Shown: positions 14,245 through 27,649 of the stretch, one piece after another | Layout: the number at the start of each line of letters is the position of its first letter | Position numbering within the stretch: position 1 is the first letter of the stretch | Assembly (NCBI RefSeq): GCF_036321535.1 | Contig: NC_087447.1 | Location: forward strand, 52,144,001-52,208,000 | Direction of reading: 5' to 3' | Source: Camelus dromedarius | Taxonomy: Eukaryota | DNA length: 64,000 bases | Notes under the pieces: model-generated | What the model saw: the letters and a program-made list of their open reading frames with translations, nothing else | What the model was told of the DNA's origin: nothing | The model's database searches: none | Position numbers and translations under genes: made by a program

Positions 14245-14475
14245 GTTTTATTGACGTATAGTTGATTTACAATGTTGTGTTAAGTTTCTGGTGTACAGCG
14301 TAGTGATTTAGTTATACAAACATATATTCTTCTTCATATTATTTTTCACTATAGGCTATTACAAGATATTGAATACATATAGTTCCCTGTGCTATACAGT
14401 AGGACCCTGTTGTTTATCTATTTTATATATAGCAGTTTGCATCTGCTAATCCGAAACTCCTAATTTAGCCCTATT
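14245..14475 (-). mobile_element. LINE-1 3'-end fragment (cetartiodactyl type) lying between MER5-like pieces
   Basis: ttttattgacgtatagttgatttacaatgttgtg...ttccctgtgctatacagtagg resembles the reverse complement of the L1 3'UTR at 57390-57560. Confidence 0.75.
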
Positions 14476-15631
14476 TGTATTTTTGACAAGCACCTTGGAT
14501 GGTAATGGTACAAATCAGTTGGAGAACCACTCTAGTAAATCAGTACTTCTTAACCAGTGATGTGTATCAGAATCACCTAAAGACTTTTTTGACCTCTACT
14601 TGCTTGGTTTCACTCCCGGAAATACCAGATCACAGGGTGGCTGGGACTAGGACCAAGGCATGCTTTAAAAATGCTCATAGTTGACACCGACACCCCAAGC
14701 CTGGAATCACGAGAGTTAGACATACCCCTACCAAAGTCTTAACTGCTCAGGGGTCCTGGGGCTGAGAGACAGACAGGAGATGCCCCCGAGGAGCACATGG
14801 CCTAGATGGGGAGGCGTGGGAATGAACCAGTACTCAGGGAGGGACAGAAGCCCAGGAGGGTTCGTGGTGAAATAAAGGAGACTGGTTAGTTTTATCCTGT
14901 GCAGCTTTCTCAGGGGAAGGAACTGAAAGAATGGGTCAGAAAAACCTCAAAGAGGTGGAGACACGAAGCATAAAGCTTTCCAGCTGTATAACCTTGGAGG
15001 AGTCACTTCCCTTCCAAGTCTCAGTTTCTTCATGGTTAAATGTGGGTAATAACATCTGACCTGGAATAGGTAGCCCTCAACAATTATTCACGACTTACAA
15101 TTATGAGAATGTGAAACCCGCTTTGTGGGTTTCATGGTCCGTGCTCTCAGGGCCCACGTGTCTATGACCCTCAGCAGGTTGGGCCTCTGAGTGATGAAGA
15201 CCCTCTGGAGCTGTGTTCCTCCTGCTCCCTCCTTAGGCTGTTCAGGGCTGGAAAGTGATTTCACAGGGAGCACCTGGCAGCCTCAAGGTGGGGGAAGGCC
15301 TTTCTTCTGTCCCTGCCTAGAATGTAAATTAACTGCATTCTTTAAGTACAGAGCCAGTTTTCTTGTCTGTTTGGCTATGCTCTGCCTTTCTCTTCCACCT
15401 GCTAGGACTGATGAGTGCGCCACGAACAATCAGGTTCCTAGTTTACAGAAGTTGGCTGCACAGAAGTGATCTGTCCCCTGATTAATTACTTCATTCTCTC
15501 GCCTTTTGTTGTGCTAAATAGGTGGACATCTTTCCTCCTCCCTGCTGCACAGGGCCTGCGTATCATGGCACCCTTGTCATTTCTCTCTGGGTTAATTACA
15601 GGCTTTGGGGCAATTTCATTGTCACCACATC

Positions 15632-15667
15632 TGTGCGTGTGCGTGTGCGTGTGTGTGTGTGTGTGTA
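15632..15667. repeat. (GT)n/(GTGCGT)n microsatellite
   Basis: tgtgcgtgtgcgtgtgcgtgtgtgtgtgtgtgtgt seen directly. Confidence 0.9.
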
Positions 15668-17338
15668 AGGGGAGGGTGGAGAACACGTGTGTAGAGCAGC
15701 TGAGAAAGACCTGGAGAGTAAAACTTCTCAGGAAAAAATGTTTCAATTCTAAGAGAAAAGACTGTTGCAACCAAAAGGGCTCTCAGGGACCACTTAGCCC
15801 AATCTACACATTTACCAATGGGAAAACTGAGGCTCGATGGGGGGGTCACAGAGCTGGGAGTGGCCAAGCAAAACTATAACGCAGGGTCCCTAAGTGCAAG
15901 CCCAGTGTTCTTTCCACTCCAGGCTACTCCCTCGGTATTAGAAAATCATAATTAGGAGGGAGATTAACCATAGATGTCAGAAAATTTACCCCACAGAGTT
16001 ACCAGTTGACCACTTCGGGTATGTGGAAGACACATATGATGTGATATAATATGATACTTCATATGACGTGATATGATGTACATCCAATTTAACAATTATA
16101 ATAGTAATTACAATTTATGGGATGTTAATCATGTGCCTGGTACCCTGGTACCAATATACTAAGCAAGCATTTACACTCCTGATAATATTTAATCTGTATT
16201 ATAACTGTGCAGTATATTTCTATTTCATAGAGGAGGAAAATGGGTCTCAGAGAGGTTAAGCAGCTCACCCAAAGTCACACAGCTAGCTATTAGGTGGTAA
16301 TGTCTGAATTTAAACATAGGACTGCCCGACTTCATTTTCATTTGAAACCAAGCCCTGAAATCTGGCACTATCTAAAAATACTATCATTCATAACATTTTT
16401 ATAGGCCATCATATGAAATATATTAATTTTGACCCTCAGAACAATACTAGGAGGTAGACATAGAAGATATTACTCTTGTTTAATCGACTGAAGCTTAGAC
16501 ACCATAGGTTATTGGCTTTAGGGTCTGTAAACACTCGCTGATGGATGATGCTGACAATGAAGACTTCTCCTCCAAAAAGCCTTCCAAGTCTCCTGGGCAC
16601 AGGGGCTCCCCTTGGCTTTGGACCCCCCCCCCCACAGTTCTTTCTTCTTACATCTCAGAGAGCACTTCCCCTCCTCTCTCATCTGAGTGATTCGCATTCA
16701 TGTCTTATTTTTCTGCTACAGTGAACTTGTCTATGCAACCACAGTACACTGTATACCCAGTAAAAACTTGCTGAATAAGTGAATGGAAAGTGATTGTGGG
16801 TATGAAGAAGTCCAGCTTTTTGAAGGATTCAAAACTGAAACTTAGAGTTTACCCATCTGCAGCCCATGATCATGTGTGAAGATGACACCCTGCCGTGGCT
16901 TTATCAAACAGTAACTTGAGAGGTAGCATACATATCCAACAGGAGGGGATTGATAAATAAATAATGGGACAACCATTTGATGGAATTCTATATGTCCACT
17001 AAAAGCGAGTGCACAGAAGACTCTAATGACATGGAGAAATAAATATTCATGATACATCACTTAGGAAGAAAAGTAGGTTACTGAAACAGCTGGTTTACTG
17101 TGATTTCATTTTGTTTGTTTTTGGTGAGCTTTATATACATACAAACACCTAGAAAAAAAGAGCAGGAGGAAAGATAGGAAATGTTAACTGGGACTATTTC
17201 TGGCAGATGGAATTACGACAATTTTAACTTTCCTCTGTATGTTCCAACATTTTTTGCAATGATAAACATAGATGTCCTTTTGGAAATGGAAATGCCCTAA
17301 TAAATGTTACTGAGAGTGTTTTAAAAGCAAGGCCTTAC

Positions 17339-17571
17339 CCCTGGGGTTGGTAAGTGTGGCTTCTGTGGCCTTCCCACCATCCCCGCAGCGAGTATCATCA
17401 AAGGGGAGACACTGGTCACCTGTCCCTGCTACCACCTCGGAGTTCTTGACAAGGTCCGTCACCACCACAGTGGACTTGATCTTGAAGACCCGCCGGCTGT
17501 TGGTGTCAGAGAGGAAGACGGCCCCACTCATGGGGTCTGTGGTCAGGTAGTATTTATGCGCGGGACTGTGG
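17339..17571 (-). CDS. TENM4: Teneurin-4 coding exon (233 nt), NHL region: (S)[33 protein letters not shown]...[13 protein letters not shown](G)
   Basis: Lies within ORF 17307..17774. Acceptor GTTTTCCAG|C CAC AGT, donor AGG G|GTAAGG. Confidence 0.96.
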
Positions 17572-20500
17572 CTGGAAAACAAGGAACGCCCGTTGGTGAA
17601 TATTTTCTTCTGTCCTAACAGGCAGCCAGAGATGTACAACTTGAGTCCAAGCAAAAATGTTATGGGGACAATGTCCCTATTTAGGATGATCCAGGCCAGA
17701 AACATGAAAGGATATGACTTTAAAAAACACTTCATAACAAAACAAACCAAAACCACCTCAAGAGTTCGACACACAAGCCCTCTCCCACAGAGCTTTCACA
17801 GCAGCCCCACCTCCACGTCGGGGCTGAGCGCGCAGGCTCCGGCCAGATCTGACTCCAGCCAGCGTCAGCACTGCCGTCTGCTGACACTCATGTTATGCTT
17901 ATCAGGAGCCCAGGAGTCTCCCTCCTGCAGCCAGATATAAATGAATTGCAGGACTAGTCTGTAATTTGCAGCAACACCCAAGGAAAAATAAACAAAACAG
18001 AGGAGCAGTAGTGGTGATAGTTCTGCTTCTGGAAAAAGGCTGCAAAGCAAGGCGAGGCTATGCTGACAGAGGAAAGTGAAGCTAGACCAGGACGACACAG
18101 AGGGATTATGGAGACGAGGCACCACCTCTAGGCACAGGGCAGGAAAGATGTGCAGTCTTTGGGGTCAGACTGGTCTGGGTTCCACGTCTAGCCTTGTCAT
18201 TTCCTGGTTCTGAAACTTGGGCAAGTTACCCGGCCTCCTGGGCCTCAAGTTTTCTTCATCTGCAAGGTGAGGATGTTAACAGCTACCTCGCTGGTGTATT
18301 GGGAAAATTACATAAAATCACATATGAAAAATATTTGGCATAGTGCATGGTACAAAGTAGGGACTCAATAATCATAATTATTATTTTTAATTGCTAGTCA
18401 TCACATGTGTTTTTGCATTTGGAGAGGACTACACAGTTGGTATCACTTATTAAGCCTGACTTTCGCTATCACATGGTACTGACAGTTCTTTCCAAGTCTA
18501 GGCTCTACTGGAGTTGGACTCAAAACTCCTGGGAAGCTAATTATCAGTTCCTGCCCTTGGACTGATCACCCCCAGGCCCTCAAACTGCATCTCAATATTG
18601 GTAGCCTCTGGAAAGTCTTCTGATTCAAATGAATCTCCCTCTGTTCAGGCTGGATGGCCTGGCACTGGCCATTTTCACTGGACAGTGGGACACATGCTGT
18701 GCTGGGGGATTCAGGGTACAGACTAAGTAGTGGTAAGACCGCTGTACACCCCTGCAAGGTGCAAGTAAGAGGATCAGAAATATTTAAAAAGAAGCTATTT
18801 TGCATTTCATCAGGCATGTATATTTTGGATCCTTTCAAAAACCAAAATTTTATTTTACAGATTAGTGTCTTTTGAATAACACATGAAGACTGGGCACTGT
18901 GATCTTCAACGTCAAGTTCTCTGAAGGGCTTAACTTGGCCCTGATGGTTCCTCATCATAACCATCCCTTGCTTTGGGCAGTGTCCTGGGGACTCACCGCT
19001 TCTCACAGGGCCAGGCCTCCAGACCCAAGACTTTCCTTCCTGTTTTCTCCCCCTAATTTGTCCAAGACATCATGATCTTCTCCAACTGTCCGGTCTCTCT
19101 AGCCCTGATGCTACTGTCCCATTACCTCCTCCTCCAAAAAGGGGGGGATCTTTGTCTGCAGCCTGGGTCCTCCCCAAGCCCTTCTTTCCTGATCCAACCC
19201 AAATACCAACACATCACTGCAAGGTTTCCCCTTTCAGGAAACCTCTCTCCCCCATTTCCTACAGGATGATTCATGCTCCCCAGCCTAGCAGCACACAGGG
19301 CCCTTCATGCTCGGCTGCTGCTCTGTCTTCTCCTCAGAGACACACTGACAACTTGTCCCTCAGATATGCCTTCATGCCTCTGTCCCTGCTGCTGCCGCAC
19401 TGGGGAATATCCTGCACCCTTCCCTTCTCTGCCTGCTGACCGGCTACTCATTCCTCAGGTTACCAGCCCAAATGCTAACTTTTCTGGCAAAACATCCCCC
19501 CACCCCCCGACCTTTCTTCTCTGTGACCTGAGATTCATTTTGGCTCCTGTCTGGTTACAGGACACTCAGCATAATGCTGCACCTGTTTATTCATGTGTCT
19601 GTCTCCCAGATCCTGTCAATACTTGAAGAGAAGAGATGGGGTTTTGTTCATTTCTGTGTTTCCAATGTTCAGCTTGGTGTCTTCTAGCCCACAGCAGCTG
19701 CTCACTTTAAGTGGATTCCATCTCCATTTTTAGTTTGCTTCAACAGTATTTGCAATCCAATTACTTAGCTGTTCTTTCACCTCTCTTTTGGGGGTGGTGG
19801 TAACAAGAGAGATGTCCTGTTTATCTTGAAACATCCCCTGTGACTTACCCTGCGATGCAACAGAGATTTAATCTTCCTGGATGACACTGATTCTGGCTAA
19901 ACAAAATGCGGGGACCTCGGATCCCTCTCTGTGATGCCAGGGCAGCCTTGATCTTTCTGCCTTCTGATGACAGCTGCGAGGTGGGGGTGATAATTTCATT
20001 TCTTTGAGTATCACTCATGATAAATGGATGCTATCCACCCTGGCAGAAAATGGGTTTTTGAGGGAGTATGGTGGGGGCGCTGTCCACTTAGATTAGCCCC
20101 CTGAGTTTCTGGCTCATGTCTTCCTGCACTGCCCCAGAGAAGTGCCACCTCTGTGACATTTCTCAGACTGGTAAATTCCAGAAGAGAGTGGCACTGGCAG
20201 GACTGTCCTAGAGAGTCCATAAGAGCTGTGGCCCTGTCTTTTGTGCCCAAGAACAAATTTGAAGTCTGGTGGGGAGGGAGTGGTCAGACCTAAGCTTTGA
20301 ACTTAGAAGATGTGGGTTCTAATTTGGGCAAGTCACCTAAATCGTTCAAGAGGTAGGCCCCTCAGCTGTCAAACAATGAAGTCCCTGCTCTGCTTTGCTC
20401 ACAGGCTTGTCATTAGGATCAAATGAAATTACATGCTCAACAGCCCTTTCCAGTTGGCAGAGCTCCTGGACAGTCTTCATCTCACTTCCTCCTCATGCCC

Positions 20501-21219
20501 CTGCACTGGGAGCAGCACCTGGACCTCTCCCAGGAGCGGCCCCACCAGTCTGTGGAGCAGAGCTCCGGGGAGGCCTGCCGCTGGTACAGAGCATCCGCTA
20601 CCACTTCCGGGTGCCTCTTCATCCCAGACACTGAGATAGCATTTTATATGTACAACCTCATTTTCATCACAACTACCATAGAGCTAGGTGCTTTTTTAAA
20701 AAAACATTTTTCTTTTTCAGAAGCCTGAGATGAAAGAGGGGAAGCGACTGGAGCAGAGCCAGAAACTGCTAAGTGGCAGGACAGATATTCAACTCCCATC
20801 TGCCTGACTCCAAAGTCTGGGTTTTCTTCTTCCCCACAGCACTTCTCAGGGCCTAGAGAGCACCACCGCCCCCCTCACGGGGCGCACCTGCCCAGCTCCC
20901 AAGGTTCAGCCCCAGCGTCACCTCACCTGGAATACATCCCTAGATTCCTGGGCCCCTGCTTCGTCCCACTGGCCACTTCCTTTGTTACGGCCCCACTAGA
21001 CCCGACACTTTCAGTATCTCTAGCACCTTTAAGACCCTCTTCTGCTTTGCTGTCTGTCTCCTCAAGGAAAACTCGGACTCCTCAAAGGCAGGGCCCGGCT
21101 TCAAGTAGCCGGTGCTCAGCTGCAGAGTTAGGGCTCCAGAAAGGCCTGCTGACTGTACGAATCAGTGCGTCAGTGACCCCGGGGTTACGGATGGAAACAC
21201 CCACTGCTAAGGATCTGAG

Positions 21220-21536
21220 AGTGATGGTTCTCAATGTGGCTATGCGTCAGATTCACCTGGAAAGCTTTTTTTTTTTTTTTTTTTAAAGCCCCACCCATCA
21301 TGCCTGAAGGGCCTGGGCATCTGTCCCTTTAAGATTTCTCTGGGTGATTCTAAGGCACGGCTCGACTCAGAAACCAGGGCTTTAGAGCAGTGCTTTTCAA
21401 ACTTTAATGTGCATATGGATCATGTTAAAATGAAGATTTCAGTCCAGCAGTTCTGGGTGTGGCCCGAGCGTCTGCCTTTCTAACAAATCCTCAGAGGATG
21501 CCAGCATTGCTTATCTGCACTTCGAAGAGCAAGGCC
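21220..21536. mobile_element. Two adjacent MER5-type hAT-Charlie elements
   Basis: ggttctcaa...attcacctgga...gggtgattctaa...agaaacca, then cagtgcttttcaaactttaatgtgca...tctgcctttctaacaaatcctcag. Confidence 0.65.
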
Positions 21537-24368
21537 TTACTTAGAATTCTCTGCAAACCAGACATGCACAAGCTGGGAGCTGGCCTATGGCTGAGACCCC
21601 AGGCCTGGTTCTGTTGACCGGAACCATGTCTGATCCAATTCTGATCCCCAGTATATTGAGCAGGGTTGGGCCAGATAGGGTCACAGCTCTATTTCCAGAG
21701 TCTGTGCAGAAGTGCCTGAGGATCCATGTTCTTTTCCACTTCCTTAAGTATAACCCTGGTACTTCTGGAAGCTACGCAGAATCTTAGAGGCTATATATAA
21801 GGGTATTGATCCTGAAGTGACTAACCTGCAGTGAAGCCCCACTCTGCCCTCTTTCTGGGCAAGGTAGGGAATGTCCTAGTAGGAGCTGTGAGCCTAGGCG
21901 TCTTTTGGGATGGAAGGTAATCTATTCTCTGCTTCTGAGGGAGAACAATCCCTCTGTCCCACAATAAGATCTGCCTTGTGCAAAGGAGCATCCTTTGACT
22001 ACATCATGCGGCAGCCCGGGCAGAACTTGATTCACTGGTTCTTGGAAGGAGCAGGAAGAGCTTGAGCATTGGAACCACACAAATGGGGCTTCAGATGCCA
22101 GCTCTGCCACCCACTTGGTACATGACCTTGGGCAAATTACTTCCTTACCCTGGGCCTCAGTTTTTATTATATGAGAAATAGGGATAATCACATCTACTTC
22201 AAAGGGCTACTTTGAGGACAAACTTGTATGAAGAACGTAAATCTGCAAGCTTAGTGCCTGTTCCACTGAAAAATAAAAATGCCCAATTAATGGTAGCTGG
22301 TCACTTTAAGAAACCTCCAGAATTTTTATGTGACTGCACAATGGAAAAGACGAGTATGTCACACTTAATACTGTCTGCCTAGCCTACTTTCTGAGGCAAT
22401 TAAGGGCTCTTAGAGTTAAAACAGTCTGTGTAGCTGAGTCTGATGGAGATTTGAGTGCAAATGTACTTCTGAACAGCAGGCTTCAAACATCCCTCCACGA
22501 CCCTAGGGGAGATGTCTGGGAAGAGGTGAGGATCCTTGTTCCCTGAAGGGATCCAGGGAGGAAGATGCCCAAAGGACTGGGAGTCTCTGTGCTGAGCACG
22601 CCCAGCATGGTGGGATGCACTGAGGCTGTAAAGGCCAAAGAAAGAGATGAGTCTGCCCTGGGGGACACACACACAGGGTAAGGGCACTGGCCTGGAGTCA
22701 AATGCTATTCCTCGGAACAGCTGAACAGTAAATGCTAATGGACAAACAACGAAATTTGAGAATTTCTTTATCCACTTCTGGGATTTACTGATAAGGACAC
22801 TAAGGCTCTTGAGAGAGGAAAGGATTTGCCAATATCCAGCAGCCAATTAAAATCAGAGCTGGAGCCCAAGGCTTCTCCCTCCTGATTGTCTTTGAAAACT
22901 GGATGGCAGAAGGAAATTCCACTTTTCCCTTCCACTTCGGCTCACTTTCTAAATAGTTTGAGCACCTGAGAAAACAATGAATTGAGAGAGGGCAGGGAGG
23001 CAGCTCTGAAGTCATACCATGCGCACATCAAAAGATTGCTAACCATCAAAAACAAAAGGTACCAGAACCACAACTCTCTCAATTTACAGATGATGCAACT
23101 GGAAGCCAGAAAAGCAAGGTGACCAGCCCAAGGCCACATGATGAATGCACAGCAAAGCTGGACAAGCACCCTGGCTCCTGACTCTTCCCAGCTAGGTCCC
23201 TCCGTATCCCGGCTGTGTCCTGGGTAGTTACCACCACTGACTGGAGTTTTAATGTGAAAGGCTAGATTTTCATCCAAGATCCTCACATGAAATGTACTTC
23301 TGTGTTTTCTATAAAACTGAGCGTGAAGACACATATCAGTTCATAGTTCCATATCACCCACACAAAGCTCACTGAAAACCTCTTTCCAATTTCAGTTTTG
23401 AGAAAAAATATCCCTCCTCTGAGAAATGGGGATAGTTCCCCATTTTTGATAATGTAAACCATGAAAACAATTGTCTCCCTGTTATTCTGGATCCCAGGAA
23501 GCTCAGAGTCTAATGTGATGTGTAATCACATGTATGCGTTTCCTCCTTTTTTCTTTTGTTTCCAAATTCTGTTTAGTTTACTTTAATACATGTGTCTTTG
23601 GTTGTAAGGGAACTGAATTCTTTTTGGGAAAGATGGAGACATCATCATCATTATCACCATCATCTAATTGTTATGATGATGATAATAATAGTAATGATTT
23701 ATTATTATTACTATTACCACTATTTCTGAAGCTCCTCCCTGTGCCTGGCACAGTGCTAGACACAAAGTCCTCTGTAACCCTTATAGCAACCTCCAAGGGA
23801 GACTTTATTAACCTCAAGTTTTAGAAACTAAAGCTCAGAGAGATGAAGGAAAATTTTTCAAGGTCATACAATTGGGGAGCCTCAGTTTTCTCATCTGTAA
23901 ATTGGATGTATCATGAATACCCTATTCTGTCCTTGCCGACAGATGCACTGATGGGGTCCCCTAGCATCCCAGCCACCAAAGTCGAGGTTCCTGTAATGCC
24001 CACAGGGGTACAAATCTGAAACCTGTCTTCTCCCAGATTTTTTGCCTGATGAAGATGTTCTCAGGACTTCCCATTGTTGACACTCCAAGTCACTCAACAA
24101 GGTTAGGATAATCCTTACTCACTCTAAGGATAAGCAGACTGGGGTGTTCAAATTACTATGCCAAGGTTAAAATTTCCCCCTATTACTCAGTCTGTCATGT
24201 CCACAAACTACCAATGTAATTGCTGCACCTTGCTAGAGATGAAAGGAGTTCAGGCTCTCACCACCCACCCCCACCGTTATTAATGACTTTCTCTCATCAT
24301 AGCTGATCACCCCGAACCAGTTCCAATCACGCAGGACTCGTTTGCCATCGAGCGAGCTGAAACTGACA

Positions 24369-24393
24369 CATGCAGCTTACCATACAACATGCA
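24369..24393 (-). promoter_or_regulatory. Two UGCAUG (RBFOX-type) intronic splicing elements downstream of the 21-nt microexon
   Basis: Plus-strand CATGCA at 24369-24374 and 24388-24393, about 45-70 nt downstream of the microexon donor in transcript orientation. Confidence 0.6.
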
Positions 24394-24437
24394 ACAAGGC
24401 AGAGGAGAGACAGGAAATTCTCCACTGGTTGGCTTAC

Positions 24438-24458
24438 CTATGTCTGAAATCTTTATTT
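24438..24458 (-). CDS. TENM4: Teneurin-4 21-nt microexon, beta-propeller splice insert (R)NKDFRH(S); not in the ORF track
   Basis: Minus strand reads TCTTCTGTCAG|A AAT AAA GAT TTC AGA CAT AG|GTAAGC. Symmetric phase 2-2. Inclusion gives LRNKDFRHSHSPAH and skipping gives LSHSPAH, matching the known 7-aa teneurin insert. Confidence 0.95.
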
Positions 24459-26597
24459 CTGACAGAAGACAGGAGAGCAGGGAATAGAAGAAAGAATGAA
24501 GTGTTAGCAGCAGGGTTAGAAGCATTATTAGCAGCCTGAAAACTTGACAGCAATGGTACAGCACAATACTATAATAAATAAAGACTTAGCAGCTCTGACA
24601 CTGATATATTTCATATTGGATATTACTTGTCAGTGAGCTCACTTATAAGCGGCTACATATCACAGAAGAGGCACGGTTTCACCTGCATCAACATTGCTGA
24701 CTTCAGGGGAAGAAGATGAGGTTGACACAGGCTGCTGCTCTCACCAGGGCTAAGACAGAGGTTGGAACAGCTGACTCCCTCCCCTGTACAGCGACACATT
24801 CCCAGAGATACACACGCTTACTGCTACATCTCTGTGTGCACGCTGCCCTACAGAGAGCTACGCAAACCTGCGCAGCCCACCACAATCCTCCTCATGATAT
24901 AATACAGAATTGGAGATAAGCTCGGGTTAGAAGGTGGGGGGTGATGCAGAGAAACAGGCCTGAGAAAGAAGGTTGGAAGAAGAAAATATATCAAGATGAT
25001 AATATATACAAATTTATTTTTCTTTCCAAATTTAAGTTACTCCTTCCTTCCTCACCCACTGTCTTCCACAATCTCCCTGCAGCTGGGGGAGGGAGATGGG
25101 GAAAATGGGACCTCTTTTTGAAAGATGTGAAAATGCAGGGCCAGAGAGGGTACATGTCTTGCTCAGAGTGGTATAGCTTTAGTTTCTTTGCCAAGGACCC
25201 CCTAGTCCACAGCTCTTTCCATCACAGCACAGGAGATGGAAAGATAATATGAGCAAATGACGGAAGCAAACACACTCAAGGGTTCCCTCTTTCTTGGCAG
25301 ATGTCTACGCTGGCCAAACTCATAACAGAAAAAAAAAAAGGCAGAGATTATCCCATCAGTGGCCTGGTTCTCATTCAGCCTGACATCTGATTTTCTTCTC
25401 CTTCATTTGTCCCTGTGTGTTTGGCTGATATGAATACTCTCGGCCTGAGGGCCGTGATGGCTGTGGTCAGCCAGCGAGGCTTCCTCTCCTCCCACATGCG
25501 CTGCAGAGGGAGATGCTCAGCGGGTACCTCCCTCCAGGGAATAACTGAACATGGCATTCAGCCAAAGTGGCTGTCATCGGGCCGGGCGACAGTTCTTTGG
25601 CGAGGCAGAGCTGTGGGTGGCCTCTGGGTTTGGGCCTGCCATTCTAGAAGCTGGACCTTGTGCAGGTTCTTTAAATTCCCTGAGTCTCCTTTATCTTGTT
25701 TGTCAACGGCAATAGTTAATAAATATTTCACAGAACTCTTACACTCGGCAAACAGAAGGGGCCTCGCAAAAGTTCCTTTTCCACTGGCCACTGTGGAGGA
25801 AGGCTTTCCAGCTCAGGGGTCTGTCCTTGACCCAAGCCCAAGAGGTGGGCAGGTTCTATTCCCTAAAATAATTCCCTAAAACAACTTGGTGCAACTTCCG
25901 AAAGGGAGAGTGGGGCTCCCCATCTCTAACCACAGCTTCTCTGTTACCCAAGCTATGACAGCACTGTGGGTCTAAAAAGGTCTGGTTTAGACAGGTGTAG
26001 AGATACGCAACACACCAGGCCCTTCCCCAAGCTGTGGGTGTGGCTGTGCTCCATCCCTCACGGTCAGGATGGGGAAAAAGCAAAGGCTGACTTGGCTGGC
26101 TCTGCTGCATCCCTGCACCTTAGGAGCAGAGAGGCGCTGCCTGATGCCGACCTGTGGGCCTGATCCCGTATTGGGCAGCTGCAGAGAACTGCTCCTAACT
26201 CTTACGCGTGTTAAGTTACAGGGCCTGATTTGTAACACTGGCATAGGGACCTAGTGTGTGATGCCTCCCTTGTCCTTATTCACAAAACTCATATGACTAG
26301 TTCTAATCAGCTTGGTGCTAGGAAACAGAAAGAAGGACGTAAGGGCTTCCAAGGAGTCTAGTTCTTGGTTGCTGGCAGCCTTCTGCATCATCTGGACGCC
26401 AAGGATGTCTCCCTGTCCCAGGGGTGCTATGTCCTCACTGCAGTGCCCCGTGGAGAGCAGCGCCGCTTCCCCAGAGCCCCCAGCTGCAGGTTAGCCTCTG
26501 GGAAGTGGCAGGCGAGGCCCCGTCCTGTCCCCTTCTCTGGGCCCACTGGGTGGCAAAGGGGCATATTAGTAATGCGAGGCGGGCCCCCCTTACATAC

Positions 26598-26847
26598 CTC
26601 AACTCGAGGATGTTGGTGACGTTCCCAGATGGGAAGATCCGGCGGATGTAGTTGAAATCGCCCACATAGAGGCTCCCGTCGGAGCCGCACGCGAGGGCCA
26701 CGGGGGCCAGAAGCTTGTTGCCGTCGGCAAGGCCATTGCAGCTGGGGCAGGAGATGCTTCTGCGGCGCCCGTTGCCCATGATGCTCCCGATGACAGGTGG
26801 CTGCTGAGACACAAACTGGTTCTCCCCGTTCCCTTTGTGCAGGATGC
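26598..26847 (-). CDS. TENM4: Teneurin-4 coding exon (250 nt), start of the NHL beta-propeller: (G)[38 protein letters not shown]...GNVTNILEL(R/S)
   Basis: Overlaps ORF 26435..26812. Acceptor GTCCCAG|GC ATC CTG, donor TTG AG|GTATGT. Confidence 0.96.
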
Positions 26848-27649
26848 CTGGGACGAGGGCAGAAGAACAGAATCACCATCGGAGCAGGAGGTGGCCCTCC
26901 CCTGGGGCCGACGCCAGGGTCACCTTGATTTTGCAAGGAATCTTGCCAGATCTCTGCCTGCCATTTCCAGACCTGTCTCCCAAGGCTGCCTCACCCTATT
27001 ATGAAACACAGGCTGTCCTGGATAGGCCACACTGCTTTGCTGGCTGAATTCCCACAACAGCTCTGTAGAACAGATGCCATTATCCCCCCTGAATTAACAG
27101 GGGACCCCTGACTTCACACAGATGACAGGAAAAGTGCTCCTGAGTCTAGGCCCTGAAGCAGTCAGCTCCACTGCCTCTCAAACAGTACCAAGTCCAGGTC
27201 CCTGTCACAGCACAGGACTCTTCACTGCACTTAGATTTCTCTCTTTAGAGTGAGACAATTTCACATGTGGAGACGGCCTTTTCTCTTCTGCATCCCCAGT
27301 GCCTAGCACAGAACCTGACACACAGTGGATGCCAAAAAATGTTCAGAGAAATGCACAAGGGAAACTCAGTCTCTTCTCATCAAGGTAGAGTTAGGAGACA
27401 TGAGTTTTTCATTGATTTTGGGACTAATGGGCGATGCCGATCTTGCATGGGTCTCTTCACTGCTTTAACTGCCCCTGGGCCTCAGTTTCCCCACCAGCAA
27501 TATGATGGGGTTGGCCTCTATGACATGTGAGCTATGTCTCATATCTATAATGCCTCTTTTCAGGCCCAGATCATCCTTTATCTCCAATTAGGAGGCTGCA
27601 GCCTGCTCCCTGCCTCAGGCCTCATCCTTTCCATATTGAAGCTTGAATG

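Noticed and set aside
16030..16085. Periodic ATATG/GTGAT motif resembling a small array
   Set aside because: It is a degenerate pentanucleotide microsatellite with no repeat-spacer structure.
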